Assembly: GCF_032062105.1 (NCBI RefSeq)
Contig: NW_026928727.1
Span: forward strand, 124,001-188,000
Reading direction: 5' to 3'
Source: Saccostrea cucullata
Taxonomy: Eukaryota
DNA: 64,000 nt
Position 1 is the first letter of the stretch; each line of letters starts with the position of its first letter. The notes under the pieces were generated by a model. That model saw only the letters and a list, made by a program, of their open reading frames with translations, was not told where the DNA came from and did no database searches. This document shows positions 24,845 to 39,800 of this stretch, in pieces. Both the position numbers and the translations under genes were made by a program.

Positions 24845-27800
24845 ATGGAGCTTTTAAAATGTCTAGTCATGTGTACAATTTTATTTTGTATTTTTGGAAT
24901 TTCAGCTAATGCACAATTAAGTAAGTAAACAGTTTTTACTCTCATGTACTTCAGACTATTCTATGGTCATTCCTTGAGCATTAAAATATTTCAGATGTTA
25001 ACAAAATTTACGGTGACAAAGAAATTTCAGTGGATTTAGCTATACATGTACTTTGAGGCAGTTTGAAAATATTTTATAGTTTGGTAAGATAGAGGGAATG
25101 TTCATTTTATCATATTTTCCAAAAATCAACTGGATTGGTTACTTCTCTAAATTCTCCAAATATAATTTTTTTAGTGCATGCGTTCAACATATTTTTCACA
25201 ACAGTACACGTAGGTTTATTAAACAATTGTTTTTTTTTTATGTAAACCCTTTTGCAATAATATTTCATTTTTGATGTGACTACACAATTAGTACTTATAT
25301 AAATGTTAAATGCTTAAATTTTTGCCTTTTTATCGGAACATAGAGCATTAAGCTCTAGCTTATCGGAAAATATATTTCGAATTGATTCATCTATCAATTT
25401 CTTCAATTTTTTTAAAGATGAGAGTACATTTAGAGAGCTTGATTTTAGCAACCTTATCAGTAAACATGTTCTACCAAAAATGAAGGGTCACATTTTTACG
25501 CCAGAAAATGATACTACAGTCCAGAATGACACAGGTGAGTGTGGCAGATATGCTTTTATAAGATGTATATTATAAATGTTTAATTTTAATTATGTATAGC
25601 TATATAACACTTCTTGTTAAAAATTGAGTTTTAAGCAAACTTTAACATTATTTTTTGTACATGCATAGCATTCAAATCGGTACATGTATTTTCAGAGATA
25701 ATTACACCCACTACAAGGAAACTAGATTTTGGTAAGATATTCAATATGTTTTTGTTTAGCATCCTACGAATATATTTTTAAAATAAGTCCGACTATTTAT
25801 TTTATTTATTTATTTATTTTTTCTTTATTTGTTGATACTTATAATACAATAATACAGATGCTTAATATTGAATAAGTTTTACGCTCTTTCTTTCATTATC
25901 TTATTAGATCTCTTGAAATGTTAAAATGGTATTGATATATATTTTGATCACAAAATAAACGCCAATATGAATCCGAGACTTCAGAAGATACGAAAAACTT
26001 ATTATATCTTAGTTTGATTTAATAAACGAGTTACCTTTTCATACCTACAGACACACGTTGGATTATCTTTCTTTGAAGATCGCCGCATTAATACATGCCA
26101 TTAAAATAATGACCTACTTTTACAGTGTAAACGTGCTTTTAATGCTTATCCTTTAAGTTGATATAAAAGTTTATTAGACAATAATTGACATCATTAATTT
26201 GATGTTAAATCTAGTTATGCAGTATTAGAGTTAATACTGAAATGGAAAAGAAAATATTGAAGAAAATCTTTTCCATGTAAAACTCGATACTTTACCACTG
26301 TGGTGTATGCAATTAGTATATAATTGAACACTCATCCACGTGGCGTTAAGATCATACTCTTAGGGATCATTTCTATAGTATGTATCGCCGGGACACCAGG
26401 TAAAACTGTGTGAACCAGAAACCACGACGATGAGTCAGAGTGGCCCCTTCTGAGCGTGAAGCGGGCGAGGGCTGCTGGGCTTCACCGCCCAGCCCGGCCC
26501 TCGTCATTGATGACCGTTCCTCTCTCCCATAAGTGGTGAGTTGGAGGAAGGGGTCACATTCTGAGTGGTTTCAAACTTTTTAATAATTAAAATAGAAGGA
26601 ACTGTGAATTTTATCTACAGTTGGTTAATTGATTAATTAATACTTGTATCCCTCGGCAATACTAGTCTACAATGAGGATCAACTCTCAATAAAATTTGGA
26701 AATATATTTTGATATTTCGACATAAAAAAATTGTGTACAAATCATGTACATGATTACGTAAAAACTACATAATGATTAAAGTATACTGTAATGGTGGTGG
26801 TTACAACACTCAAACCTAGAGGTACTGGGAGCACTGAGCTCACTAAATGTTACCCCTCCCTTTTTTTTCCTGCCTCCTATATGAATATAGTGGCGAAATA
26901 CATGTTTTGCTCTGGGAGATTCTAAATAAGTGTGACAGATCATTAAGTAAAATAGGAGGTGCACCATGGCATTATGTAATAAAGAATATAAAAGTATCAT
27001 CAAATTTTATTCAGAGGTGTGGGAGGAATTGCGGATAAGAGATAGATACCTTTCAATATCATAGAAAGAATGACAGTGCCCATGGTTTGCTATGAGGAAC
27101 TCGAAATATGTTACGGATCAAAAAGTAAAATAGGAGGTGCACAATGAATATCTAAGAATGATTCTATGTGAAATGTAAGTTTCATTAAATTTCAATCAGT
27201 GGTATAAGAGGAGTTTCGGATAAGAGATGGGTTGACTGACGAGGTATCATTTAGTAAGTTAAAGCAATATGAGCTGTATCTTTGAAAATTTTATTTTCTT
27301 GGTAAAATGTGCTATATTATGCTTCATTGGTATGTAATTTAAACCCAAATGACCAATGAAGACCAAAATAAAGTTTAAAAAATTTTCATCAGAAATATTT
27401 TTGTACAAGCGAATATACAGTTTTATAAAAGAAATCATTATTGTACAGGACGACAATAATTCAATTTTGCTTCAATGAAAGCGAATAAAAAAAAAACAAC
27501 AGAAGTTTATAAATGATTCATTTTTCTGTCATTAAATTAGTTAATCACAAATCTGCAATAAAATTTTCCGATGTCTAACATGCAGCTCACAGTGCCTCTA
27601 TCTAATTATAACCCCCTCCCCCTTCTGCTTGAAAAGCGGGTATACATGAATATTGTGATCGGGATGTCCGTCCGTCTGTCACGCTTTGGGATACCCATCT
27701 CTTATCCGCAACTTTTCCTATACCACTGAATGATTTTAAGGTCAAGATCTAGTAAATAACTTGAGACTAATTTTTTGGTGCTAGATCCATTATAACGTCA

Positions 27801-30800
27801 TAATCAATTTCAACTTTCTTTTTCCCGTACTTTACGGCTTTAGCAGAATTATGTAAAAAAAAAAATGGGGTATTTTCATGTCATTCAATTTGAATTCATA
27901 TGAAAAGTAAACCGGATACCTATATTAAATTTGATATTGATTTAAAGAAGAGGCCATGAACATATTAATTACCGTTTTCGGAGTGACTGTAGGCAATCTG
28001 GATACATTTCCTTTGCCGAATACAAAAAAACTCCCATATTCATGACTGGTTTTCTAAATTTTTCATTGAAAATGACAGTTTAAAATACAGTTTTTCATCT
28101 TGTTTACCTATAAATTATGCCCCGAAACACCTTATTTGACCAAGCTAAAGTTGTAAAGCATCAATAAAGGAATATAGTTCTCAAGTTTGATAAATCTGTA
28201 GGCACCTTTCATTTACTAGATCTTGACCTTAATGAGACTTTCTCTTTGTTACGTAGTGCCATTGTGCACCTCCAATTTTACTTTTTGATCAGACACACAT
28301 TTTGAGTTTCCTAGAGCAAAACATGAACACGACTATTCTTTCTGTAATTTTGAGGGGTACCCATCTCTTATCCACAACTTCTCCTTTACAACTGAATAAA
28401 TTTTAATGATACGTTCACAGATTCCTTATTACATAATCCCATTGTGCACTTCTCATTTTACTTTTTGATCTGACACCTATTTCGGGTCTTCCAGAGCAAA
28501 ACATGGACTTACCATTATAACTACGAGGCAGGGATATCATTTAGTGAGCTCATCACTCGCAGTACCGCTAGTTGTATTTTACTCAATACAATCAATCACA
28601 CAAAAATCTTTCTTCATATAAAATGGTTAATAAGTTAAATATGGAACTAACACAACTATTTATTTATTATAGAACATATTTGTTATTGTGCGATTTGTTT
28701 GATAAAGACACAGAAGGTTTCAAATCATCTTGTTGATGTATTTTTTTTATACCAAGCATTCCAAATACGCTACTATTTCAGTAAATCAGTCTATTTGTGC
28801 TGTACATTCTTAAATATATCTCTTATCCACAACTCTTCCTTTACCTTTGAATAAAATTTCATGATAATTTCAGAGATTCTTACATAATGCCAGTGTGCAT
28901 CTGCTATTTTACTTTTTGATCTGACACTTTTTTCGAGTCTACCAGAGCAAAAAATGGACCAATTATAATCATATGGGAGACTGAGGGTAGCATTTAGGGA
29001 GCTCATCACTCACATTACTTGCCGAACCTTTTTAATAGGGTTGACATTTACATGATCAATTGAATAAAAAAAGTTATGAGCTATGAAATATCATAAAAGT
29101 GACAATTTTTTTTAAAAATAATTGTATGTTGTATTCACTACTGACCTGTGATCTACAACAGACGCCCAGCTGGCTTGTTTAATCCCCCACGTTCTAAACA
29201 GCACCAAAACAGATGAGAACGCATCACACGCCGACCTAAAAGACAAAATCAACTGTCTAAATCCACTGAGTAGTAAGAGGGCTTATCTTATGTCATACTG
29301 TTTCATTAGTTACATTTTTAATAACTGCATTTACTGAGTATCTTATAATGTGTACGACTTGAAAAAAAAAAACCTTAACTTTTGAAATATCAAACAATTA
29401 GTTCTCGCCACTTTTTTCGTATGGTGGAAGTTTATTTATGTTAATCATATTCTTTGGCTAAAACCGTAACCTGTAGTTTGTGGTATATTTTCAAACTATT
29501 CTTTTATAATTAGGTATATTCCAGCCCCCTTACCCTCCTGTCGTAGATGATCCACTGACCACCTATGGGTGTCTTCATCTAAATGGTAAGCTATCTACAA
29601 CGTGGAAAAGGTTTGTACTATCAAAATAATACTTTAAAACAAAGACCTCAATTAAACAAAACACAGATAAAAAGGGTATTAATAATTTAAGAAATTAATG
29701 ATATAGATCTTTGATTTTTTTGTGTTGTAGACCATTAACTTAGAGAAGGTGTTCTGCTATGTATGCAAAGCTTCCAAAATACATTTGAGCAGAATTAAAC
29801 TTAAAAAAAAAATCAATACTTAAATAACATGCTAGAACATTTAAGCAAAGTTTCTATTAAAAAAATAATCTCTGTATTTTACCGATGTCATTAGTTTCTC
29901 TTTGTTCACATATTACCGGTAATTTGGAATATTTTAGTTCAGTAGTATAAATTTTAATTCAAAATTTGAAGAACTAAGCTTTTCTCTTTTGTTATCATTT
30001 AACTTTCGCAGCTAAAAACATTGTCATGTTATTTTATATAAAATCGATATGACAAATAACTGATCAATTGCAGATTCTCCCAAAGTCGAGTTTCAGTGTT
30101 TTATGGACCACATGAAAAACAAAGAACCATTAGAATCGGCGAATTGTACAACACCACCACTTCCAATAAATAAAACAACCCTGGGTAGATACAATTGTAC
30201 AAATATCACAGGTGGGATTCTAAAAGAAATATTAAATTAAATAAAAAGATGACAATATTTTACATTTCTGAAAAAAGAGAACAGTTTTTGAAGGATTTGA
30301 TCAAAGTTTATTGAAATTTAGTATGAAATCGTTTTTATAAATAAAGGGTCTTTTTTCAGCATAAGATTTTTTTTTTAATTTGATCGAAAATAGTTTCAGA
30401 TTCAAATCTAATGTCCATAGTAATAAGTTGAATACTATTTCCAAAAGTGAACCTTAGAGAACATAGTACATTTTGATTATACAAGATTGATCCAAAAGCA
30501 ACATCACTTTTGAATCAACCTTCATAAAATCCTAAATTACAAAAAAGGTTAAAAACTCGTATTACGGAATATAATTAAGGTACTCCGATCTTCAGTCAGG
30601 AAGGATAACTCTTTAATCTATAATTTAACATAATTAAGATGAATGTACACATTTTCCACTGATATCTTACTTGTGTATCTTTCAGATATCGTGCATGCTA
30701 TTAATCTGTATTATGACGCGAAGGATGTGTTTGGAGGAATAAATATATCCGCCATTCCTCCCCTGCCGACACCCCCGGTCATCACGACCCAGACAACGAC

Positions 30801-33800
30801 TACAGGATCCTATATCACACGATCTTCTCGCGTTGATCTCGATACAGTAATTCACTGCCTTTTTGATTTTTTCACATCAGTATTATATTAAATATATTGC
30901 TAAACTTCTATAAAAAAAAAATGAACAAAAAATGAACAAAATTTGCAACTCGAATTAGTAAGTGACCACAAAAAAAAGCATTCATAGAATAAAATTAAAT
31001 TTTTTTTTTCATTTATTTGTGTTAAGTGACATATAGGTCCGATGGGCAGGGTGTTTGGATATTAATTGTATTAAATGTTTTTCATTGTACTGTATAACAC
31101 ATGTCACTATAATAAACAATTTACTTACTTACTTAATACGGGTATAAAGCCTACATTGTCGAAAGAATTTCGAGTATTTTCGTAGAACATGATCAATCGT
31201 AAAGAAAATTTTTGATTTATATTCAATGAAAATAGGCTGAAGAAAAACTAATAAATTTATTAATAATGGCCTCCATGCAAAAGAAAAGGACATGTTTGAA
31301 CAATTTTCCAATGTACGTATTCGCTAAATGTGCAGTTGCACCAAGCTTTCTCTTTTCTAAAAGGAAAGCAATTGCAAAAGACTTAGAATGGAATATAAAA
31401 GGAATTTAGACTTTTTTCAGTTAAGGTAATATCTTAGACATTAAAGTAAAATTGCAATACAAAAGCTGCATGTACTTTTGTACCTTTTACTTTAGAAAGT
31501 GAAAATAAATAATTTGAACAGTACTTTGGTGAAAGTTACTTTTCGGTTCTTAGATCAAGGAGCAATCCAATAGAACCCTTAATCCAAATATAACCTTAGA
31601 GGAAGTCAACGAATTAGCGACACAACTGGAGGTCGTTGTCAATAGCAGCGAAACTGACACCAAGGTCGTGACCCAGATCTTGTCCCACATGTCGGAAGTG
31701 GAGATCACCAACTCAGAAACTGTAGAGGTAACAGCCGATTATCTACACAACCTGTATCTCTTCTCAATCTGCAAATGAAACTGAACTTATTTACAAAGTA
31801 AACATTAAAAGATTTAATTTACTTTGCAGGTAACTCGCTCTATTGTTGTAAAATATAGTTTTAATTATACCGTACATCACTTTTTCATTTCAGACGTTTT
31901 CAAGGATTTCTACAACGGTTATTCATACATACAATGATACTGTGGCTAATGGTGACAACTCGAAGGTAAATGTATAGTTTGTAACTGAGTAAAATTCCAT
32001 TTTTTCAAATTACTAGTATATTTCTTTTGGAACAAGACGACAACAATTTTTAATAACTGAATTTTGTTTGAGACAGAGGAAAAGGTTACGCACTAATATG
32101 TGACTAAGAAGTCATCCTCACATACCGTATAAGTGGAAATTTTAGCGCGACGCAAATTTAGCGATTTGTCCTTAAAAACGGGTATTTTGGTATTTAATTT
32201 TAAGCGATAAGCAATTATAGCGATTTTAAAATGCACATTAAAGAAGCTATTACAAATAAAATGCAATTAATTTTTAGCGATATTCAATTTTAGCGATCTC
32301 AACACCCTCGCTAATAATGCCAAAATTAAATCCTCACTAAAAATTCTGCTTATACGGTATTCAAAATATTTCAATTATTTACATCTGGTTATTTTTAGAT
32401 GTGTATGATAACATTTTAAAAATTGCATTTTCTATTAACTAGATTATTATGCCAAACATATTGTATTCCATGGAAAATGTGTTATCATCAGCCTCACCGA
32501 ATGAAAATATTTCTATGGAAACCTCCGAGATGGGTATAAGTTTTATAATATTTACTTACGATACATTTTTGATGTTGAACAATTTATATAATGCTTTTTA
32601 TTTCCAAAGATACTATTATTAACTAAATTGTCAGATATTTCTGTATCATATGTGGAGCGAAATTTGAGTAACGGTGACGTCATCACAATAAGCTCAATAG
32701 TTGGAACTATCGTTATGCCCATTACGGTTTTCGACGGCGAAACTTGTGAGTATTAAATCATTTTTTTTTATTGCAAAACATGAAACCATACATTACTAAT
32801 TTGCAACTATTTAGGAAAATAACGTATCTATACAGGAAATTTAGAGTTCAAATATTTGATTACCACCAATCTTTTTTGCACTCTCTAGCTCGTGTCTCAA
32901 CCATAATCTACAAAACCATAAACCAGAAATGGAGCGTAAAGAAAGGTTATAACTATGCCAAAATCGGGAGTAATGTTATGTCAGTGTCAGTTCAAAACAT
33001 TGACAGAAACCAAACTGAGAAAATGGAAGTCAACGTCACGGGCGCCATCACCATTGTTCTTCCTACAAATGTCACAGGGGTAATAGTAATATTAAATATA
33101 ATAAAATTTACATGAAAATAGATTTGGGGAGCATATTTTTCAGTTATGTTATTGTTATAATCTTATAATTCGATTGATATACTAGTATACTGTTCATTTA
33201 AAATACAGGTGGAAAAGGAAAGGTTTTGCACTTTTTGGAATTTTCAGGAAAGGTATTTTCAATACTTAGTCTAATATATCCTTTTACAGCAAGATTGACA
33301 CTGAAATATTTGTAAAATAAAATTCTATTACTCACAGTTTATTTATCTATGATCAAACTTCTCAAGTCTTTATTCATGAGTCAAATTTTACCCCTCTTAA
33401 GATACTGGGACACTTATGGAGGGACAGTTGTAGAGAAGAATGATACTCACACCAAGTGTAGATACGACCATCTGACCAACCTAGCGGTCCTAGTCCTCTA
33501 CTACAAACCGGAGGAACCGGTAAAGAGTCGCAAGAATATTTTGCACTATAATATGTCTAATTAAATTATCCTAATTATAATTATTTTTCAAATGAAAAAA
33601 TTAATGATGAATGAACAATGACTGACCAGTTTTACATGTACAAAGGTAGTGATCATCTTATACGATTTACATATCGATTTTCTTTATTTTCTGTATTTTG
33701 TATAATTTTGCATAAAATTACATAGATTTTCCTCCATTTGCATATTTTGTTCCCTTCATTTGCATAAATTTGCATTAAATTGCCTTCCTTTGCATAAATT

Positions 33801-36800
33801 TACATCAATTTGCATAAAATTATCTTCATTTGCATAAATTTGCATAAATTTTTGTATAAATGCACTTTGTTTTTTGAGAAAAGATTGGTACCGTGACTCT
33901 ACTTTTGTCATTGTTACTTGTGCAATAAAGTCTGAGGCACAGTGTTAAAATGTTAAAAGTAAAATGGGATATTTGTTGTCCTAGCTGTAGAAGTAAGAAA
34001 TTCATAAAAAAAACTTTAGAGCTTAAACTTTATTTGAATGATGCAATTAATGCTTAACATTATGCATCATATTTTTTCAGATGACAAAGGAGCACCAAAA
34101 TGTGTTATACATAATGACAACTCTAGGTTGCAGCATCTCTATCGCCTGCTTAGCACTCACTCTGATTATATACGTGTATCTAAGGTATCAAGAGTCAATC
34201 ATGTTTTCTCTACCACAATAAGTATTTCAAATTATCTACTAATTGTTTACTGCATAATCTTAAAATCTTAATCCGACTTACTGGTGTATTGAAGAAAAAT
34301 GAGCAATTGCACATGGGTATTGGTGGGTATTTGCATTCCATATTTTGCGCGTAAGAAAGATTTTTCTAGGGTTACTTACCCAATTGGATTTCCGCATCTG
34401 TACACACAGACATATAAATTGTAGAATGTAACCTCACATTAATATATTACTTTTGTCTTCCAGGGTCCTGAGCAACGACACAGTGTTGATTCACGCCAAT
34501 CTGTCAGTAGCTTTGATGCTTGGTCAGTTGGTACTTGTTACATCAGATGGCGCTGCCAAATATATGGTACCTTCAATGATAAACTTATATTAAGCATCAA
34601 ACATAAGCCAATAAGTTATACTGTACAATCTTAAGATCTTATGGCATCAAACGATGTATTAGTATTTATAGAAAAAATTATATGCACTGTATTCTCTTAT
34701 ACACATTTAATTTTATAGTCGTTTAATAGTTGGTTGCATGATTTTACTTCAGGCCGCCTGTAAAATTGTGACAGCCCTTCTCCACTACTTGTTTATGTCC
34801 GCTTTTGCTTGGATGTTGGTAGAAGGCCTAGCATTATACCTATCCTGCACGCGACCAATCAGCGCGTATGGCGACATGCGCGTGATCTACTCTCTTATTG
34901 GCTGGGGACTTCCCGCCATTATCGTTTTGATTACGCTCGGCAGCAATTTCCAGGACTACGGAGAGGGAGAGTACAGCAGGTGATTCTTACAAGCAATATT
35001 AAAGAAAATTGATTTAGAAAACATATAATTTCCCGATTGTGAGCTTGAAATTTGTTACGACCTTTTTTCGACTGGGAAATTATTGGACTAACAGTGAAAT
35101 AAATAATTCGCAGCAAGAAATATTTGCGAAGAAAAGCAAGTCACGAAACTCGCGGAAATTTTTCGCAGGCGCCTCATCTTATGGTGTCTGCAAGTTGCTT
35201 TAAAGCATGTTTCGCTGATGATTGATTTTCATTTTAGTTAACTATGTGTGATAAAAGAATATTCAACTTAAAACAATTTTTGTTAATGAATTCATTTGCT
35301 CTTTCAGTTGTTGGTTGTCAATAGATGATGGACTAATATGGTCTTTTGTGGGGCCAATGATAGCAATCGTTGTGGTTAGTAGATGCTGTGCCAAAGTTGC
35401 TACGAAATAAAAACAACATTTATTTTAAATTTTAATTAATTGTGGATGCAATTTTAAAATACCAGTGCCTTTTTGTTTTGTGAATCTTCTCGATGATTTG
35501 GGATGTCAAAATCTGAACAGAATTCCTCTCCGAAAGAAAATATGTAAATTTAAGTTATACATGCATATATTCTAGTTTCAACTTTACTGTAGAAGACAAA
35601 GCAGAAAATGTGTCATACGTACATGAACAAAATTCATTCCATATTTTAGTAAACATGTATATTTTTTTAAAATTGTGGGATGGTCAGATATTCCTTAATG
35701 GATTTGCCATTTGATAGTCACTGGACAAATCAAAAGTTGATTGGATTGATTGATTGAACGTTTTAATTTACAAATAAAGGAAGAATTAAATGGCTGTGAG
35801 GATTTGCCAATGTCCTTTCCATCCTTGTATCAGTTTTATGAATTACATGTAGTAGTGCATTATTCAATCTTATACTGTATTTAATTGCTTTTCCCTAGAT
35901 GAATATTATCGTTCTTGGTTTGGTTCTGAAGGCTTTTCTTACCTTGCGAACAAATTCCAAGAAAACAGAGGCAGCTAGACTTTTGTAAGTCAAAAATTCA
36001 TGAAACCTCAAACACATTAACGTTGAATAAACTTTGATTAGTCAAGTCTTTCCTTTTCTCTATGACAGTGCCAGTTTTAAGGTGATGGTGACACTGTTAC
36101 CTATCCTTGGGGTGACCTGGTTACTAGGGATTCTCGTTCCTCTCAGTCACGTGTTTCACTACTTCTTCATTATGGGCACATCCATGCAGGTCTGTTCTTA
36201 AATTGAGTAGAGCTTTTCTGTAATGGGTAGAGCGTTTTAATATTCTAAACCGCATCTGCATTAATTTTTAAATCAGTAATTGGAAATGGTTATTAGTACA
36301 ATAAAAGACTTAGATGCTCAGAATCTTAAAAGTTAAATGTGGAGCTCACCAAAAGAATTCTTTTCTTTTCCAAGGGCACGATGATCTTTTTCCTGCATTG
36401 CTTGTGCAACAACGTTGTAAGTTAAACATTTAGTCAATCTTTCTATCAACATCAATTGACCTTGAAACCTATGAGGTGTTTCTTATAGAAGATTTGTTTC
36501 ATTTAATTATTTTTTGCAGGTGAGGAAGAAGTACAATGAACGTCGCCGTCGGAACACGTGCTCCTCCAGCGATGCTTGGTTTGGATCCTCGTCCGGTTGG
36601 ACAGAGCGCAGACATGTAATTTAACCCAAACTTTGTATTGCAGAACTTAAAAAAAATTGCATTTAAGTTAATCTTTTTTCAGAACACTACTGATTTATTG
36701 AATTCTCAATAAGCGTACTAAAACCATTATTCCCTTTTTGCATTCTCCGATACAAATTTTGTCAGCAAGGGTCATAAAAATCATTGAATAACGCAAACAC

Positions 36801-39800
36801 GCATAAGGCCACACCAACAGATTTTTTTCTATATATATAAGACACATAATGCAAAATGGAAAGTCATTATAATGGATAAAAGGTCAAATGAAAAGCAGGA
36901 ATTTGAATTTTAATGTTTGGTCAGAATTTGTTGACGCTCATTAAAGTCAAGATATTATCAGTTTGCCTGCTACAATGACCAAGGTGCATTTATTTTCATA
37001 ATGCCATCTTATGGTCTCTGACCTAACTCTGACTTAGGCATAAATTTTAAAAACTGGCAAAGGACTCATTTAAGCAAGATGTTTTGTGAAACACTGATGC
37101 CTCCGGTCCGTTTGGCAAAGGTTAAAGTTTCTCAAATGCAAGGCAAACTCCAAAGTTAGGCACAAAATATTAAAAATGCTATCATTACAAGAAAGGAGTT
37201 GTCTCAATTGATATTATCTGTGAAAATGATGTCCCAAACACAAACTGTTCAAAATTTATAGTTAAGGTGATCCAAACTCCATTGTCAAGGTCAGAGGGTC
37301 AAAATTCATGGTATCCAAGGGAAAGTCTTACATCACAAGGAATATACCTCTGAAATATAAAAGCCAACTGTTCAAAAATTATGGTCAATGTATAAGTTTT
37401 TTTCCAAAACTTGACTAAAGGTCAAAAATATTTATACCCATTGAAAGGTCTTGCCACAGAGAATATACTGATGTTCAAAAGTTATGTTTGGTAATTTTTG
37501 TAAAAGTAGGTCAAACTCCAAGGTCAAGAAGTTAAATTGGGGAATACTCAAAGAAAGCACAAGGAATACAACTGTTAAATGTAAAAGCCATAAAAACTTG
37601 AATCTTTATCTTGAGGGTTGAACCACTTTCTTAAAAACTTCAACCTTGGTCGTCTTTTGAATATTTGGTGCTTTGGCTTTCATATTTTACAGGGTTACTA
37701 ACTAAGACAAGGTCTTTCTTTTGGCAACATTTTTTATCTCTTGAACTTAGAGTTCGACTTGTATTTGAGAATTTTTGATTTTGACATTAAGCCTTCATAA
37801 GGGGGCATACACATCTTCTTGTGCAAAAGAAATATACATTGGTACCAATTGCGCCCCCTTATTAGCAGACCTATTTTTGTATTCATATGAAGCAGAATTT
37901 GTGCAAAATCTTGTACGTGTAAAGAAGAAAACACTTGCTGTGGCCTTCAACTTGACATTTAGATATATCGACGACGTATTGTCAATTAAAAATAGAATTT
38001 TCCATTCTTATGTGGATACGATATATCCTGGTGAGCTTGAGATAAAAGACACCACGAACTCTGAAAAATCTGTTTCATATTTGGATATTTTACTTGAAAA
38101 AGACGTTAATGGTAATTTAACAAGTGAACCAAGCTCCATGATAACCGTAATGACTTTAACGTTTCTATCGCCAACTTCCCTTACTTATGCAGCAATATAC
38201 CTTCATCACCTGCATACAGAGTTTATATATCTCAATTGATTCGATACGCTAGAGCATGCTCTACGAATGAACAATTTTTAAAACGAGGTAAGTTATTGAC
38301 AAACAAGTTGATGAAACAAGAATTTCAGCAGTCTCGTTTAAAGTCATCATTTTTAAGTTCTATGGTCAATACTCTGCTTCTATTTTGTATTGTTTTTTTT
38401 CTGGCTTTTGATCTTGAATATTGTTCGTTATCTCCACATATTTCATAACAACGCATTAATTTTATTCACTTTGTGATATAACATTTCACATGCCCTTGTA
38501 TTCAAAGATTCGGGGGACAATGACTTTTATATGCCCATTCATCTGTCTTTCTGGCTGGCTTGTCTGTTTCACCACAAAAACTTTAGTTTGAACCACATTT
38601 GCAAAATTATATTTATAATAATTTAAACCTTGGCCATAACTTGTGAATAGTTGTTGCTAGAGTCTTCCTGTTGCACAGGTCTTTCCTTGGGACACGATTT
38701 TCCTTTAGGTACCAACAGTATAATATTTCGACATTGACCTTGGATTTTGAGCTAATTTTGAAATAATTTTTTAATAGGTGCTAGAGCTTTTATATTTCAA
38801 ATGTACAGTTCTTGTGAAAAGACCTTTCATTGGGCATCTTTAATTTGACCGTTTGGCATTGACCTACTGTTGAAAACACTGTGGTCATCAATTTTGAACA
38901 GTTGGTGCTAAAGCTTTCATATTATACAGGTGTATTTCTTTTTTGACAAGACCTTTTGGGTACAAAACATTTTTGATATCTTGACCTTGAATTTTATGAC
39001 CTTGAATTTTAATTGCAATTAAGAAACTTAAGAAACCTTAAGTGAGTTGTCATACGGGGACATTATTGTTTTACAAATGCATCTTGTTAAAAGTTGTTAT
39101 AATGCCTTATCATTATGCATAACCTCTGGATAGACGTTATTCAATGCTTTATCGCGATTTTCTACATTTTTTACGCGTTTTTACGTTTTTGATAGGTGTC
39201 GTAACCATTTTTCAACAAAATACGCCTTTTGCGTGTTTTTACCTCTAATATTGTTTCTATGCTTGTCAAACATTTAGTACATTAACTTTTGTTAAACTGA
39301 AGAACTATTTTCCTTTCAGAGGCTGGAAGAACTCAAGGTGGTCCCAAAGCGATACAGAAGGCGTGAGTTCTCAGTCATTTATTATCATAATTTTTTTTTA
39401 CATTCCTATAAAACTTAAATTTGAAAAATCTAATATGTATGAATAATTTTTTTTAACCTTTATTTCAGAGGAGAGATATGCATGGATGTAGAAAAATTAC
39501 AATAATCTTGGTTTGTGCGAAAATATTCATTAAAATTTCCTGTTGTTTGTATTTCTTTAGTTATTTTTATACATGTGTTATAAGAAGGAATATAGACATG
39601 GTCTTGCACCTTGCTTTGCCCCCTTAACAGCTTACAGTAATTATAGTATTTTGTTTGTACGACTGTCGTTGATACATACTCATATACCAGGGTATATGGA
39701 ATGTCTGACTTATCCATATGTCACTTACGTAAACAAGTGATAATTTAATTTGTCAAATGCCACCTTCCTGACAATAACGGCACATATGCATAGTATTGTG

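Noticed and set aside
26335-26580. GC-rich island first read as a tRNA-derived SINE
   Set aside because: No tRNA A/B boxes or cloverleaf. It has all U3 boxes in the right order and spacing.
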